The notes beneath the pieces are model-generated. The model searched no databases, had not been told where the DNA came from, and saw only the letters and a program-made list of their open reading frames with translations. A stretch of 47,316 nucleotides of DNA, taken from positions 1 through 47,316 of the forward strand of contig JBBRUX010000031.1 of NCBI GenBank assembly GCA_038247415.1, read 5' to 3'. Position numbers and translations under genes: made by a program. Shown piece after piece: positions 17,388-27,339 of this stretch. Numbering within the stretch: position 1 is the first letter of the stretch; each line of letters starts with the position of its first letter. The stretch comes from Chitinivibrionales bacterium. Lineage in GTDB: Bacteria; Fibrobacterota; Chitinivibrionia; Chitinivibrionales; WJKA01.

Positions 17388-18770
17388 CTAAAATCCTGTT
17401 TCTTCTTCTTGCATCATCGTTAAATTTTCGAATCGGGCATATTCTTCTACAAAAGCAACATCTACTTTACCAATAGGACCATTTCGCTGCTTACCAATAA
17501 TAATTTCTGAGGCACCTTTTTTGCCATCTTCCACTTCTTGATTATACTTTGCTTCACGGTACACAAACAAGACTACGTCGGCATCTTGCTCAATAGCCCC
17601 CGATTCTCGCAAATCGGAAAGTTGCGGGCGATGATCACCACTACGCTGTTCAACCGCACGAGAAAGCTGTGAAAGAGCGATAACCGGACAATCGAGCTCT
17701 TTTGCAACACCTTTAAGGGATCGGGATATCATAGAGATTTCTTGTTGCCGCGACTCTGCGCCCGTGGCTCCCATAAGCTGCAAATAATCGATAATAATAA
17801 GTCCAATATTATGCTGAGCTTTAAGACGCCGTGCTTTTGCACGAAGTTCGAGTACCGAAATTGCCGAAGTGTCATCAATAAAAATAGGCGCCTCGGCAAG
17901 TGGCCCCGCCGCCATAGACAATTTAGGGTAATCCCGCTTTGGCAGATGCCCCGAACGCAAGGCATGCATATTGACACGCGCCTCGGAACAGAGCATACGC
18001 TGGGTTAAAGCCGACTTAGACATTTCCAGAGAAAAAATTGCAGTGGGTGTTACCGTTTTGCTGCGGATTGTTGTATTGAGAGCAATAGAAAGACAGAGCG
18101 CAGTTTTTCCCATAGACGGGCGCGCAGCAACAATAATTAAATCCCCTTTTTGTAAACCAGCGGTCATTTCGTCGAGTTTATCGAAGCCCGTGCGAACGCC
18201 CTGTCCGCCTCCTTGTTTGGCATATTGCTCGATATCCCGAAATGTTGCTTGCAACAAATTATGCATCGACTCGAAGCCACCCTTGATTCGTGATTCCGAT
18301 ATGTCAAAAACCTTTTTCTCTGCTTCGTCTAGTATTTCTTGGGGTGCCCGTTCGGGGTTCATACATTCGGTTGTTATTTCTGCGGCAGCAGAAATAAGTT
18401 TACGCAAGGTAGATTTTTCAATAAGAATATTTGCATGATGTTCTATATTTGCAGACGTTGCAACGCTTTCGATAAGCTCCGAAATATATGCCTCGGATCC
18501 AATCGATTCGAGCCATTCCCGCTTGCGCAATTCTTCGGTGAGCGTGAGTGCATCAACAGGAATGGTTTTCTCAAACATTGCAGCCATGCACTCGAAAATG
18601 CGTTGATGGGCTGTCGCATAAAAGCAATCGGGAACAAGAAGCTCGATGCCGCGTACCACAGCATTGACATCGATAAGCATCGAGCCAAGCACTGCGCGTT
18701 CGACATCAAGAGACTGCGGCGGAACCAAATTCGATAAATTAACGGGAGTATTTTTTTTACGTGGTGGCAT
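17388..18770 (-). CDS. dnaB: Replicative DNA helicase
   Basis: PPQSLDVERAVLG, AARPSMGKT, FSLEM, IDYLQL, LSQLSR, SDLRESGAIEQDAD and KQRNGP. No intein seen. Confidence 0.98.
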   Translation of the reverse strand: MPPRKKNTPVNLSNLVPPQSLDVERAVLGSMLIDVNAVVRGIELLVPDCFYATAHQRIFECMAAMFEKTIPVDALTLTEELRKREWLESIGSEAYISELIESVATSANIEHHANILIEKSTLRKLISAAAEITTECMNPERAPQEILDEAEKKVFDISESRIKGGFESMHNLLQATFRDIEQYAKQGGGQGVRTGFDKLDEMTAGLQKGDLIIVAARPSMGKTALCLSIALNTTIRSKTVTPTAIFSLEMSKSALTQRMLCSEARVNMHALRSGHLPKRDYPKLSMAAGPLAEAPIFIDDTSAISVLELRAKARRLKAQHNIGLIIIDYLQLMGATGAESRQQEISMISRSLKGVAKELDCPVIALSQLSRAVEQRSGDHRPQLSDLRESGAIEQDADVVLFVYREAKYNQEVEDGKKGASEIIIGKQRNGPIGKVDVAFVEEYARFENLTMMQEEETGF

Positions 18771-19575
18771 TGATACCGTGTTCCTTGCATACCTGTTGAA
18801 ATTTCTGGAGATCTTCCCATGCTGGTCTTTTAAGCGAACTGTTTTTAAGAAGAGCCTGTGGATGATACGTTACACAAACTGGAATTCCCTGATACTCAAA
18901 TATGTGTCCACGCATGCGGGTAATGGGTTCGGTTTTGTTCAAAAGTGTTAGAGCTGGCAATCGCCCTAAAAAAAGCAATGCTTTTGGAGAAACTATGGCA
19001 ATCTGTTCTTTACATACAGCAGAGCATGCGGTATATTCCGCCACCGTCGCCTCGCGCTGCGCCGGTGTCCGACACTTGAGTACCGTGGTTATAAATGCAT
19101 CTGTTTTTCTGTCAATAGCAATTGCCGTAAGCATTTTAGTGAGCAATTCGCCAGCTTCCCCACTAAACGGAATGCCAGAGCTTTCATCTTCTTCGGATGG
19201 CATTTCTCCAATAATCATGATTGCTGCGTTAGCATTTCCACTACCAAAAACAAACTTTTTTCTGCGAGAGGAAATAGCACATGCCGTACACTTATTTTGC
19301 GTTTCGTAAAGAGATATCAGTGCACTTCGTTTATCGGATTGTTGCACACGATTAACCAATGGCTCGCGTGCAACCACAGGCAGAACAACAGGAGCACTTT
19401 GCATTTGATTTACTTGAGGAAATATTGGAGCTGCATGAACAGCTGCCGGTTGATTGCCAAGCAGGGGTGGGGCAGCCACCGCAGCTCTATAGGGAGCAGA
19501 AAAATACAGTGGAGGCATCGACAATTCCGCCTGCTGATGCAGATAGGAAATGAAGGTCTCTAAAGCATCAGCCAT
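18757..19575 (-). CDS. Uracil-DNA glycosylase family 4 ([4Fe-4S]), divergent active site
   Basis: CTAC, VFGSGN, IGEMP, PFSGEAGELL, LKCR and TYHP motifs. Confidence 0.88.
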   Translation of the reverse strand: MADALETFISYLHQQAELSMPPLYFSAPYRAAVAAPPLLGNQPAAVHAAPIFPQVNQMQSAPVVLPVVAREPLVNRVQQSDKRSALISLYETQNKCTACAISSRRKKFVFGSGNANAAIMIIGEMPSEEDESSGIPFSGEAGELLTKMLTAIAIDRKTDAFITTVLKCRTPAQREATVAEYTACSAVCKEQIAIVSPKALLFLGRLPALTLLNKTEPITRMRGHIFEYQGIPVCVTYHPQALLKNSSLKRPAWEDLQKFQQVCKEHGINATT

Positions 19576-20779
19576 TCGTCCATCCAGCCGAGCGGGAAAT
19601 TATCGAGAGGATAACCCGGGCTGCGTGTTCTTTCGTATCCGGTCCACAATGATGAATTTCACCATTTTTTTCGAGAACAACAATTTCTGTTACCGTTGCA
19701 TCGAGCGCGGTTTTGGCATTGAGCACCATCGCATCGCAATGCTTTGATTTCATTTTCTCGGAAGCCCGCGCAACATCGAGTGTATCTTGAAGTGCAAATC
19801 CAACAAGCACCTGATGTTTCTTGATGCGGCCTAATTCGGCAGCAATATCCGGATTTGCAGTAAATGTAAGAGTAAAGTTGCCCTCTTTTTCACGAGCAAT
19901 TTTTTCGACAGCAACTGTTTCGGGTGCAAAATCAGCAACCGCTGCGGCCATAATGCACAAATCCGAATCGGGAAAACGAACCAGGAGTTCCTCGCGCATT
20001 TGACGAGCGGTAATAACTGGTGTTGTTGCCACGCCAGAGGGAATTTCTACCGCAAGTGGCCCGCATACCATGTGTACCGAAGCACCCATTGCACGTGCTG
20101 CACGCGCTAATGCGCAACCCATAATTCCCGATGATCTGTTAGTAATAACACGAACAGGATCTATTGGTTCTTGGGTAGGTCCACACGAAATGAGCACCTG
20201 TTTATTTTTGAGCAATTTTGGAACATAATAATCTGCAACAGCTTCAACAATGGATCCAAGTTTAATCATACGACCCTTGCCGCTGTCGCCACACGCCAAT
20301 TCGCCTTCATCAACATCGAGAATTGTTGCACCACGAGACTCAAGAACTTTACGATTTGCAACGGTAGCAGGATTATCCCACATCCCCGTATTCATTGCTG
20401 GTGCACAAATTATTCGTTTTGGCCCAAAAACAAGAGCAAGCGAAGTAAGAAGATTATCGGCAATTCCATGAGCAATCTTTGCCATCGTATTTGCCGTAGC
20501 AGGAGCTATAAGCAGAATATCGCCCCATGTAGCAAGGCTTATGTGATCCATGCCTTCGGAATAAAGCTGTTTCTCAACCTCGGTAGTAGGATTATCGGAA
20601 TACACCGGATGATTGCACACGGTACGCAATGCTTCGTTACCAACAAAACCGCGCGCATTGGGAGTTATCACCACGCGGACAATCATACCTTTGCGCGTTA
20701 GCTGCCGAACCAAATCGGGGCCTTTATACGCTGCAATGCCGCCACTTATCCCGAGTACTACATGTATTGGGCGATCCAT
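19568..20779 (-). CDS. coaBC: Bifunctional phosphopantothenoylcysteine decarboxylase / phosphopantothenate-cysteine ligase
   Basis: GISGGIAAYK, APATAN, PAMN, LACGDSGKGRM, GPTQEPIDPVRVITNRSSG and AAAVADF. Confidence 0.97.
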   Translation of the reverse strand: MDRPIHVVLGISGGIAAYKGPDLVRQLTRKGMIVRVVITPNARGFVGNEALRTVCNHPVYSDNPTTEVEKQLYSEGMDHISLATWGDILLIAPATANTMAKIAHGIADNLLTSLALVFGPKRIICAPAMNTGMWDNPATVANRKVLESRGATILDVDEGELACGDSGKGRMIKLGSIVEAVADYYVPKLLKNKQVLISCGPTQEPIDPVRVITNRSSGIMGCALARAARAMGASVHMVCGPLAVEIPSGVATTPVITARQMREELLVRFPDSDLCIMAAAVADFAPETVAVEKIAREKEGNFTLTFTANPDIAAELGRIKKHQVLVGFALQDTLDVARASEKMKSKHCDAMVLNAKTALDATVTEIVVLEKNGEIHHCGPDTKEHAARVILSIISRSAGWTNG

Positions 20780-20781
20780 AA

Positions 20782-21003
20782 TTAAACCTCTGAACCAGTA
20801 TCTTCACTTTCAACAATTCGACCATCAAACAGCTTACGAAGCGCCATGGTGGAAGCTTTTTCCCGTGGTTTTTGTATGCCAAGTCGAATTTGATCAGCTA
20901 TAAACCGTGCTTCCTGTGCAGCCATAAGTACCGCCTTATACCGGTTGATGCCGCGCTTTTCCATGGTGTCAATTTCGGTCTCAAGCAACCCATCGTCTGC
21001 CAT
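20782..21003 (-). CDS. rpoZ: RNA polymerase omega subunit
   Basis: NRYKAVLMAAQEAR...KASTMAL signature, 73 aa, canonical position upstream of coaBC. Confidence 0.85.
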   Translation of the reverse strand: MADDGLLETEIDTMEKRGINRYKAVLMAAQEARFIADQIRLGIQKPREKASTMALRKLFDGRIVESEDTGSEV

Positions 21004-21036
21004 AACATTCTCCTTTTATAAACGGTGTACAAGTAT

Positions 21037-21912
21037 TTATTCGAGGTTTTGTATCTGCTCACGAATCTGTTCGATTGTTTCTTTTAAGTGCATTGCATGT
21101 TGCGATATCTCTAGATCATTTGCCTTTGAGCCAATGGTATTTGCTTCGCGGTTCATTTCTTGCAACAAAAAATTCATCCGCTTGCCAACAGGTTCGGTAG
21201 CCACAAAGCACGCAAGAAAGGTTTCGGTGTGGGCAGATAAACGTGTGCATTCCTCTGCGATATCCATTCTATCTGCCATAAACGCTACTTCAGAAGCAAT
21301 TTTGTCGGGATCGGGAGCAGATTCAAGCAATTGACTAATGCGTTTTTTAAGTTCGTCACGATACTCAGTAAGCCGATTTGGGGCACGTTTTTCAACGAGT
21401 TTTAAGGTACCCTTAATATCTTTACATCGTTTTTTAATATCGGTTAAAAGCTTTGAGCCTTCGGCTTCTCGTGAAGATTGATAATCAGCAACACCCTCTG
21501 CAAGTACTGATTCAAATGCGGCCCATGTTTTTTTATCATCAACTGCTGCACTACCCGCTTTGATAACATCTGGCAATGCAAGAACGGTTGACAAAGAAAT
21601 AGCACCTTCAAGATTAAATTTCTTTTTAAGTGTGCTGCAAATGCTCAAATAATTTTCCACCATTGCTTCGTCACATTTAACAGAGCTTTTTGGAGCATCG
21701 GCTTCAAAGGAAACAAAAACAGAAACTGATCCCCGAGAAATAGCATCGGCACAATGAGCTCTTGTTTTTTGTTCGAGCCCTGCCATACTTTTAGGAAGTC
21801 TTAGCTGCAATTCGAAATAGCGATTGTTAACACCCCGTATTTCGACACGAAACAATCCCAATGGGGTTCGTTTTTCAACAAGACCAAAACCTGTCATACT
21901 TCGAATTGGCAT
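21037..21912 (-). CDS. yicC: YicC/YloC family endoribonuclease
   Basis: RSMTGFG, VNNRYFE, DIAEECTRL, GKRMNFLLQEMNREANTIGSK and EQIREQIQNLE. Confidence 0.95.
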   Translation of the reverse strand: MPIRSMTGFGLVEKRTPLGLFRVEIRGVNNRYFELQLRLPKSMAGLEQKTRAHCADAISRGSVSVFVSFEADAPKSSVKCDEAMVENYLSICSTLKKKFNLEGAISLSTVLALPDVIKAGSAAVDDKKTWAAFESVLAEGVADYQSSREAEGSKLLTDIKKRCKDIKGTLKLVEKRAPNRLTEYRDELKKRISQLLESAPDPDKIASEVAFMADRMDIAEECTRLSAHTETFLACFVATEPVGKRMNFLLQEMNREANTIGSKANDLEISQHAMHLKETIEQIREQIQNLE

Positions 21913-22047
21913 GTATTATTCTCTGAGTGGTTGAGCGATTATGTTTACTCTATTATATATATGGGAATCTGGTAAATATACATGCAGCCGAAGAATCAAA
22001 TCAAAAAGAAGACGATATTCAATTTTCATACAGCAGATAACAAGCGA

Positions 22048-22080
22048 ATAAACCACCCCGCAGCATTAGCGCTGCGAGGC
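22048..22080 (-). terminator. Probable intrinsic terminator after satP
   Basis: On the minus strand, CCTCGCAGCG-CTAA-TGCTGCGGGG forms a 10-bp stem (2 GU pairs) followed by TGGTTTATT, just downstream of the satP stop. Confidence 0.55.
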
Positions 22081-22102
22081 ACCTCAAAGCATGCTGACGT
22101 CC

Positions 22103-22693
22103 TTATTTTTTAACTGTCCCTAGCGGCAGAACCACTTTTCCGTAGAGTTCATTCAAAACCTGTGCAATGCCAGCATACACGGCTGATGCACCACAAAAAA
22201 GACCTTCGAAACCTGTAAATTTTTTGAGCGCAGGATTACCTGTTACATCTCCGGCTGCAAGGAGAAAGAACAATACGGTAAGCGATGCAAAGACAACCTG
22301 CAAAGCCACTGAAATTCTTAGAGTTCCGATAAAAAGTAAAAAGGTAAAAACACCCCACATGACAAGAAACGCCACCATTGCATCTGGAGAAGATGCTCCC
22401 CCAAGAATCGTTTTTGGCATAAGAATAAGCGTTGCGAGAACAATCCAGAAAAAACCATAGGAAGTGAAAGCTGTTAAACCAAACGTATTATTTTTTTTCC
22501 ATTCCATTACCCCTGCAATTACCTGAGCAATTCCGCCATAAAAAATTCCCATCGCCAAAATCATAGCATTCATTTCATAAAAACCAGCATTGTGCAAATT
22601 AAGGAGAATCGTTGTCATTCCAAATGCAAAAAGGCCTAATGGTGCAGGGTTTGCGGTTGTGTCTTTAACGCTGGTTATTCTGATCTCGCTCAT
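22103..22693 (-). CDS. satP: Acetate/succinate uptake transporter, GPR1/FUN34/YaaH family
   Basis: [30 protein letters not shown] and about 6 TM helices. AAGGA RBS before ATG 22693. Confidence 0.93.
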   Translation of the reverse strand: MSEIRITSVKDTTANPAPLGLFAFGMTTILLNLHNAGFYEMNAMILAMGIFYGGIAQVIAGVMEWKKNNTFGLTAFTSYGFFWIVLATLILMPKTILGGASSPDAMVAFLVMWGVFTFLLFIGTLRISVALQVVFASLTVLFFLLAAGDVTGNPALKKFTGFEGLFCGASAVYAGIAQVLNELYGKVVLPLGTVKK

Positions 22694-22768
22694 ACGACTC
22701 ACTTCCTTGAAAATGGGATAGTTAGGAAACAATTGTTATTAGTTAAATTATCAACAATATCACTGTAA

Positions 22769-23719
22769 CTATATAGATAATAATTCCTTACGTATTTTTT
22801 CGATAAGTGTTTTATCCTCAGGTGTTTTTTCGGCCGATGAAAAAGCATGCGCAAAAACTATCCAAAGAACCGACATAAAAAACAATCCTGCAGCAAAAAC
22901 CATTGGGAATAGCTTCTTTTGTTTAAAAGTAACGGTTGAAAATGGCGGATCCACTATTCTAAAAGCTTCTCTGCTTACCATCATTTGCTTTTCAACTTGT
23001 GTTGCAATCATAGCCTGAATTTTTTCTCGCAGAAGTGGATCAGCAATCGAATTCATTTTTGATTCAAGAAAATCGATGTTTTCTTTAGCTTCATTCTGCG
23101 TTGATGTTCGAAGATAAATATTAAGGAATTCTACGTACGTCGTAAGCAAGATCTTGGAATATGTAGAATCTTTGCTCTCGACTTTTAGAGAAAGCGTATT
23201 ATCTTTGGTAACTTCATTTTTTACCTGGCCTGCCAAAAAGCCCCCCATCGAGAGCATATTAGGCATTTTGAATGTTGGCTTCCACCCCATGGCAACAGTA
23301 TCGTATGATACTTTATAAATTTTAGGCATCTTATACTTATATACAAGCGGAAGAAGGTTTGTTTGCTCGAGACAGGCTGCATTAAACCTTCGTGTTTTTA
23401 TAACCTGGGTAATTTTGGCGACATTAGCATTTCCACCCAAATCCAGCTGAGATGCCACCATACCACCAAGCGCCCCTAAGCCCGCAAAATTTGGTGTTTT
23501 TTGGCCCTCTGTTTCTTTGGGCGCAACAATAACTTCGCATACATAGGTGGGTCCTTTTTTAAATGCGAGCGCATAGCCTGCAATAAGCCCCACAAGCGTA
23601 AGAATAATTATCCACCATTTATGATGAATTAGTGCATACAGATACTCCAGCAGATTTATTTCATCTGGATTTGGATAGGATTGGGGCGCCGGCACAGAAG
23701 AACTTGATTCTTGATTCAT
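22769..23719 (-). CDS. Wzz/FepE-like polysaccharide chain-length determinant
   Basis: DEINLLEYL..L...KWWII N-terminal TM, coiled-coil region and IVDPP followed by a C-terminal TM. Confidence 0.8.
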   Translation of the reverse strand: MNQESSSSVPAPQSYPNPDEINLLEYLYALIHHKWWIIILTLVGLIAGYALAFKKGPTYVCEVIVAPKETEGQKTPNFAGLGALGGMVASQLDLGGNANVAKITQVIKTRRFNAACLEQTNLLPLVYKYKMPKIYKVSYDTVAMGWKPTFKMPNMLSMGGFLAGQVKNEVTKDNTLSLKVESKDSTYSKILLTTYVEFLNIYLRTSTQNEAKENIDFLESKMNSIADPLLREKIQAMIATQVEKQMMVSREAFRIVDPPFSTVTFKQKKLFPMVFAAGLFFMSVLWIVFAHAFSSAEKTPEDKTLIEKIRKELLSI

Positions 23720-24051
23720 TTAAAAATGGCCCTTTCTTAATAAAGGACGTTTCGAGTAATTATTGATTAGAAATATATGTTCTGCTTTATTTTGCATCTA
23801 GATATGTGTCACTTTGGCACATCAAAAAGTTATTATACATTTAAAATGCCATTGTACGTTAAAAACATCTCGGCCCTTAATTTGCTTTATTTATCATAAA
23901 TAGGTTTAAAACTCCAAAAAAGAGCTCCTTCAATGTATTTTATTTTTTGAAAATTTTTAACGAACACCGTGTGATAATTATAATTACTGCCTTTTGTTCA
24001 TTAGGGCAGCATTGTTCCCATTGCAGGATGTAACCTGTAGGAGGATATTTC

Positions 24052-26163
24052 TTGAGTCCAGATGTTAAGCAAAAAAAAACAACTCCAATTTCCCCACTGA
24101 GTAAAAAAGAGGGATCTAACCAAAAACCATCTACCGAACCTAAAAAACCATCTCCTGGCAAAGATGCGTCGCGCACGGTTCTGATGTGGATTCTTGTGCT
24201 CACCGCCATTATTGTTGGCTTACAAGTTGCCAGCAAATTCAATGGCATGCGCGAGGTTGAAATTACCTATTCGCAATACACAACACTGCTTGCCGATAGC
24301 TCCATTTCTATTGTTAAAGGGAAAATTATCGAGCGCGGCTCCAACCGTGGAATCTTCCATGGAGAACTTTCGAGCTCTGCACCCCTAGACCAGTTTCGAG
24401 CACAGGGTCAAACAACACCAACTCGTCTGTTTGCAGTGAATCTGCCTTTTATCGATTCACAAATGATGAAAGACTGGAATACCCGTGGTATCAAGTTTAC
24501 CTTTGAAGCTGAAAAAGCAGATATTACCGATATCCTTATTGGATTTATTCCTTGGGCAATTCTTATTCTGTTTTGGATTTTCATGCTTCGCCAAATGCAA
24601 GCTGGACAAAAGGGCATTTTTTCATTTGGCAAAAGCCGTGCAAAAATTCAGGCTATCGATCGCCCAAAAAACACCTTTGCAGATGCAGCAGGCGTAGAAG
24701 AAGCCAAAGCCGAACTCGAAGAGATCATCGAATTTCTCAAAGATCCTTCTAAATTTAACCGCCTGGGCGGTAAGATACCAAAAGGCGTTCTCCTTTTAGG
24801 CCCTCCGGGAACAGGAAAAACTTTATTGGCACGGTGCGTTGCTGGAGAAGCTGCCGTTCCGTTTTTATCGATGAGTGGTTCCGATTTTGTCGAGATGTTT
24901 GTTGGTGTTGGAGCGTCCCGTGTGCGCGACCTTTTTGAAACGGCAAAAAAGAATTCGCCGTGTATCATTTTTATCGATGAAATCGATGCTGTTGGCAGAC
25001 AACGTGGAGCAGGCCTTGGTGGCGGCCACGACGAACGCGAACAAACTCTTAACCAAATGCTTGTTGAAATGGATGGCTTTGAAGTTAACGCTGGTATTAT
25101 CCTTATTGCAGCAACAAATCGTCCCGATGTTTTAGACCCAGCACTCTTGCGCCCTGGTCGATTCGATCGCCAGGTCGTTGTTGACATTCCTGATATTAAA
25201 GGCCGAGAAGGCATTCTTACCGTTCACACGCGAAAAATTCCTTTAGCTAAGGATGTAGAGCTCAACTCTATTGCTCGCGGAACTCCAGGTTTTGTTGGTG
25301 CCGACCTTGCCAACCTGGTTAACGAAGCTGCACTTATGGCTGCCCGCTTTGGCCAGAACGAAGTGACCATGCTTGACTTTGAAGAAGCAAAAGATAAAGT
25401 TATGATGGGCGTGGAGCGTAAGTCGATGGTTCTTTCTGACAAAGAAAGAAAAAATACTGCCTATCACGAAGCAGGCCATGCTATTTGTAACCTCTATTGT
25501 ACCGAATCCGACCCGCTTCATAAAGTCACCATTATTCCTCGCGGTCGTGCAATGGGTGTTACCTTCTCGCTTCCTGGAGAAGACCGTCATAGCTATTCTA
25601 AAGAATATCTACTCGACAGGATTTGCATTATGATGGGCGGACGTGTTGCCGAAGAAATGATCTTTGGTAAGCAAACAACCGGTGCAAGCAACGATATCAA
25701 ACAAGCAACCGACCTTGCACGCAAAATGATTTGTGATTTCGGTATGTCGGATGAAATGGGACCATTAAGCTATGGCGAAAAAGATGAACAAATCTTTTTA
25801 GGCCGAGACCTTGGACGTCATCGCGATTATTCAAACGAAACAGCCAATTCGATTGACAATCTCATGCGCTCCGTTATCGAGACTCAAAAGAAACGGGCTA
25901 AAGAAATAATTTCTGAGCACAAAGATGAACTCGAACGACTAGCTATTGGCCTTTTAGAGCACGAACTCCTTGACCTCGAAGAAATCAAAAGAATTATTGC
26001 TGGGGAGCTTATAAGCGAAACAAAGAAAACAAGATCTCTTCTCGCTGCTAAAGCGCTTCGTCAAGCAGAAAAAGCAAAAGCTGCCGAAAAAGCAGAAAAA
26101 CCAGCAGAACCCGAAACGCCTACTAGCCCTCCTGCCGAACCACCACAAAACCCTGAATCCTAA
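24052..26163 (+). CDS. ftsH: ATP-dependent zinc metalloprotease FtsH
   Basis: 2 TM helices, [34 protein letters not shown] and HEAGH. TTG start with AGGAGG RBS. Confidence 0.98.
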   Translation: MSPDVKQKKTTPISPLSKKEGSNQKPSTEPKKPSPGKDASRTVLMWILVLTAIIVGLQVASKFNGMREVEITYSQYTTLLADSSISIVKGKIIERGSNRGIFHGELSSSAPLDQFRAQGQTTPTRLFAVNLPFIDSQMMKDWNTRGIKFTFEAEKADITDILIGFIPWAILILFWIFMLRQMQAGQKGIFSFGKSRAKIQAIDRPKNTFADAAGVEEAKAELEEIIEFLKDPSKFNRLGGKIPKGVLLLGPPGTGKTLLARCVAGEAAVPFLSMSGSDFVEMFVGVGASRVRDLFETAKKNSPCIIFIDEIDAVGRQRGAGLGGGHDEREQTLNQMLVEMDGFEVNAGIILIAATNRPDVLDPALLRPGRFDRQVVVDIPDIKGREGILTVHTRKIPLAKDVELNSIARGTPGFVGADLANLVNEAALMAARFGQNEVTMLDFEEAKDKVMMGVERKSMVLSDKERKNTAYHEAGHAICNLYCTESDPLHKVTIIPRGRAMGVTFSLPGEDRHSYSKEYLLDRICIMMGGRVAEEMIFGKQTTGASNDIKQATDLARKMICDFGMSDEMGPLSYGEKDEQIFLGRDLGRHRDYSNETANSIDNLMRSVIETQKKRAKEIISEHKDELERLAIGLLEHELLDLEEIKRIIAGELISETKKTRSLLAAKALRQAEKAKAAEKAEKPAEPETPTSPPAEPPQNPES

Positions 26164-26170
26164 ATAATTC

Positions 26171-26199
26171 GGCACATCACCGTGTGATGTGCCAATTTT
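26171..26199 (+). terminator. Hairpin between ftsH and folP (terminator or RNA stability element)
   Basis: Perfect inverted repeat GGCACATCAC-CGT-GTGATGTGCC followed by AATTTT. Confidence 0.55.
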
Positions 26200-26209
26200 A
26201 AATGTACCT

Positions 26210-27028
26210 ATGGAAGACCTCCTTACAACACTAACAAGTTTTCCCTTTACTATAATGGGAATTGTTAATGTAACTCCCGATTCCTTTTCGGATGGTGGTA
26301 ACTATCTAGCACCTGGTGCTGCCGTAGCTCATGGCTGTATGCTTGCAGAGCAGGGAGCTCTGATACTTGACATAGGCGGAGAATCTACCCGCCCTGGTTC
26401 TTTGGAAGTTGACACAGCTGTTGAATTGAGTCGTGTTATTCCTGTTATCCAGAAACTTCGCAAACAAACCACTGCGCTTATAAGTATCGATACACGTAAA
26501 GCTCTTGTTGCGCAAGCAGCCCTTGATGCGGGAGCTTCTATCGTTAACGATGTTAGTGCAGGAAGCTTTGATCCTGGCATGGCGCCCCTGGTTGCCAAGC
26601 GAAACGTTCCCCTTATTCTTATGCATAGCCGCGGCACCCCACAAACAATGCAAACTAATCCAACATATGTAAATGTATGCGAAGAAGTTATGCAGGAGCT
26701 CTTAGAGCGCGTTGCAGCTTTGTGCGCAGCAGGCGTTAACCCTTCTAAAATTATTCTTGATGTGGGGCTTGGCTTTGCAAAACGTTTCGAAGACAATATT
26801 GCTCTTATTCAAGGCCTAAAACAATTTACAGAGCTACCCCACCTTGTTCTATTAGGAGCATCCCGCAAATCATTTATCGGGCACCTAACGGGGCGTGAGG
26901 CATCAGATCGAGTTAGTGGTTCCCTTGCTGCACTTGCTGCTGGATATTCTCGGGGAGTTCGTTTGTTTCGGGTGCACGATGTTAAAGAAACGTTCGATTT
27001 TTTAAGCGTGTATTCGGTAATTGCTTAG
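26210..27028 (+). CDS. folP: Dihydropteroate synthase
   Basis: MGIVNVTPDSFSDGG, DIGGESTRPG, SIDT, NDVS, GASRKSF and RVHDV. Conserved ftsH-folP synteny. Confidence 0.97.
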   Translation: MEDLLTTLTSFPFTIMGIVNVTPDSFSDGGNYLAPGAAVAHGCMLAEQGALILDIGGESTRPGSLEVDTAVELSRVIPVIQKLRKQTTALISIDTRKALVAQAALDAGASIVNDVSAGSFDPGMAPLVAKRNVPLILMHSRGTPQTMQTNPTYVNVCEEVMQELLERVAALCAAGVNPSKIILDVGLGFAKRFEDNIALIQGLKQFTELPHLVLLGASRKSFIGHLTGREASDRVSGSLAALAAGYSRGVRLFRVHDVKETFDFLSVYSVIA

Positions 27029-27339
27029 GTTCTAACATCCGATGTGAGCATATCTGCAGGACCATGACGTTCTAGTTCACCACTATTTCATGCAACTTTA
27101 AAGTGATACTACTCATTGTACAACAACCTCATACAGTAATGCACGGCAACCTTTTAAAATACTCCTTCTTTCTTTAATTCCATTGTATTTTGTGCCTTTT
27201 CGTAACTCCATTTTTAGGTGCATGTACCTGTAGCAAAGATGCTCATTTTTATCCCTTGAACATTTGCATCCAAGCCCGTTCTAATTTATGTTTTACGGTA
27301 CTACCGATCGCCTCTGCGCACTTTACATAAAGGAATATT

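Noticed and set aside
17388..18770. Intein in DnaB
   Set aside because: The 460-aa length is normal and the helicase motifs are contiguous.
24648..25214. 188-aa antisense ORF in ftsH, and similar shadow ORFs opposite dnaB, coaBC, ligA, rlmI and the M6 gene
   Set aside because: They lie fully opposite well-conserved genes, have no motifs and are expected from codon bias.
26050..26160. AEK/PAE repeats at the ftsH 3' end
   Set aside because: This is an ordinary low-complexity disordered tail, not a discrete repeat element.
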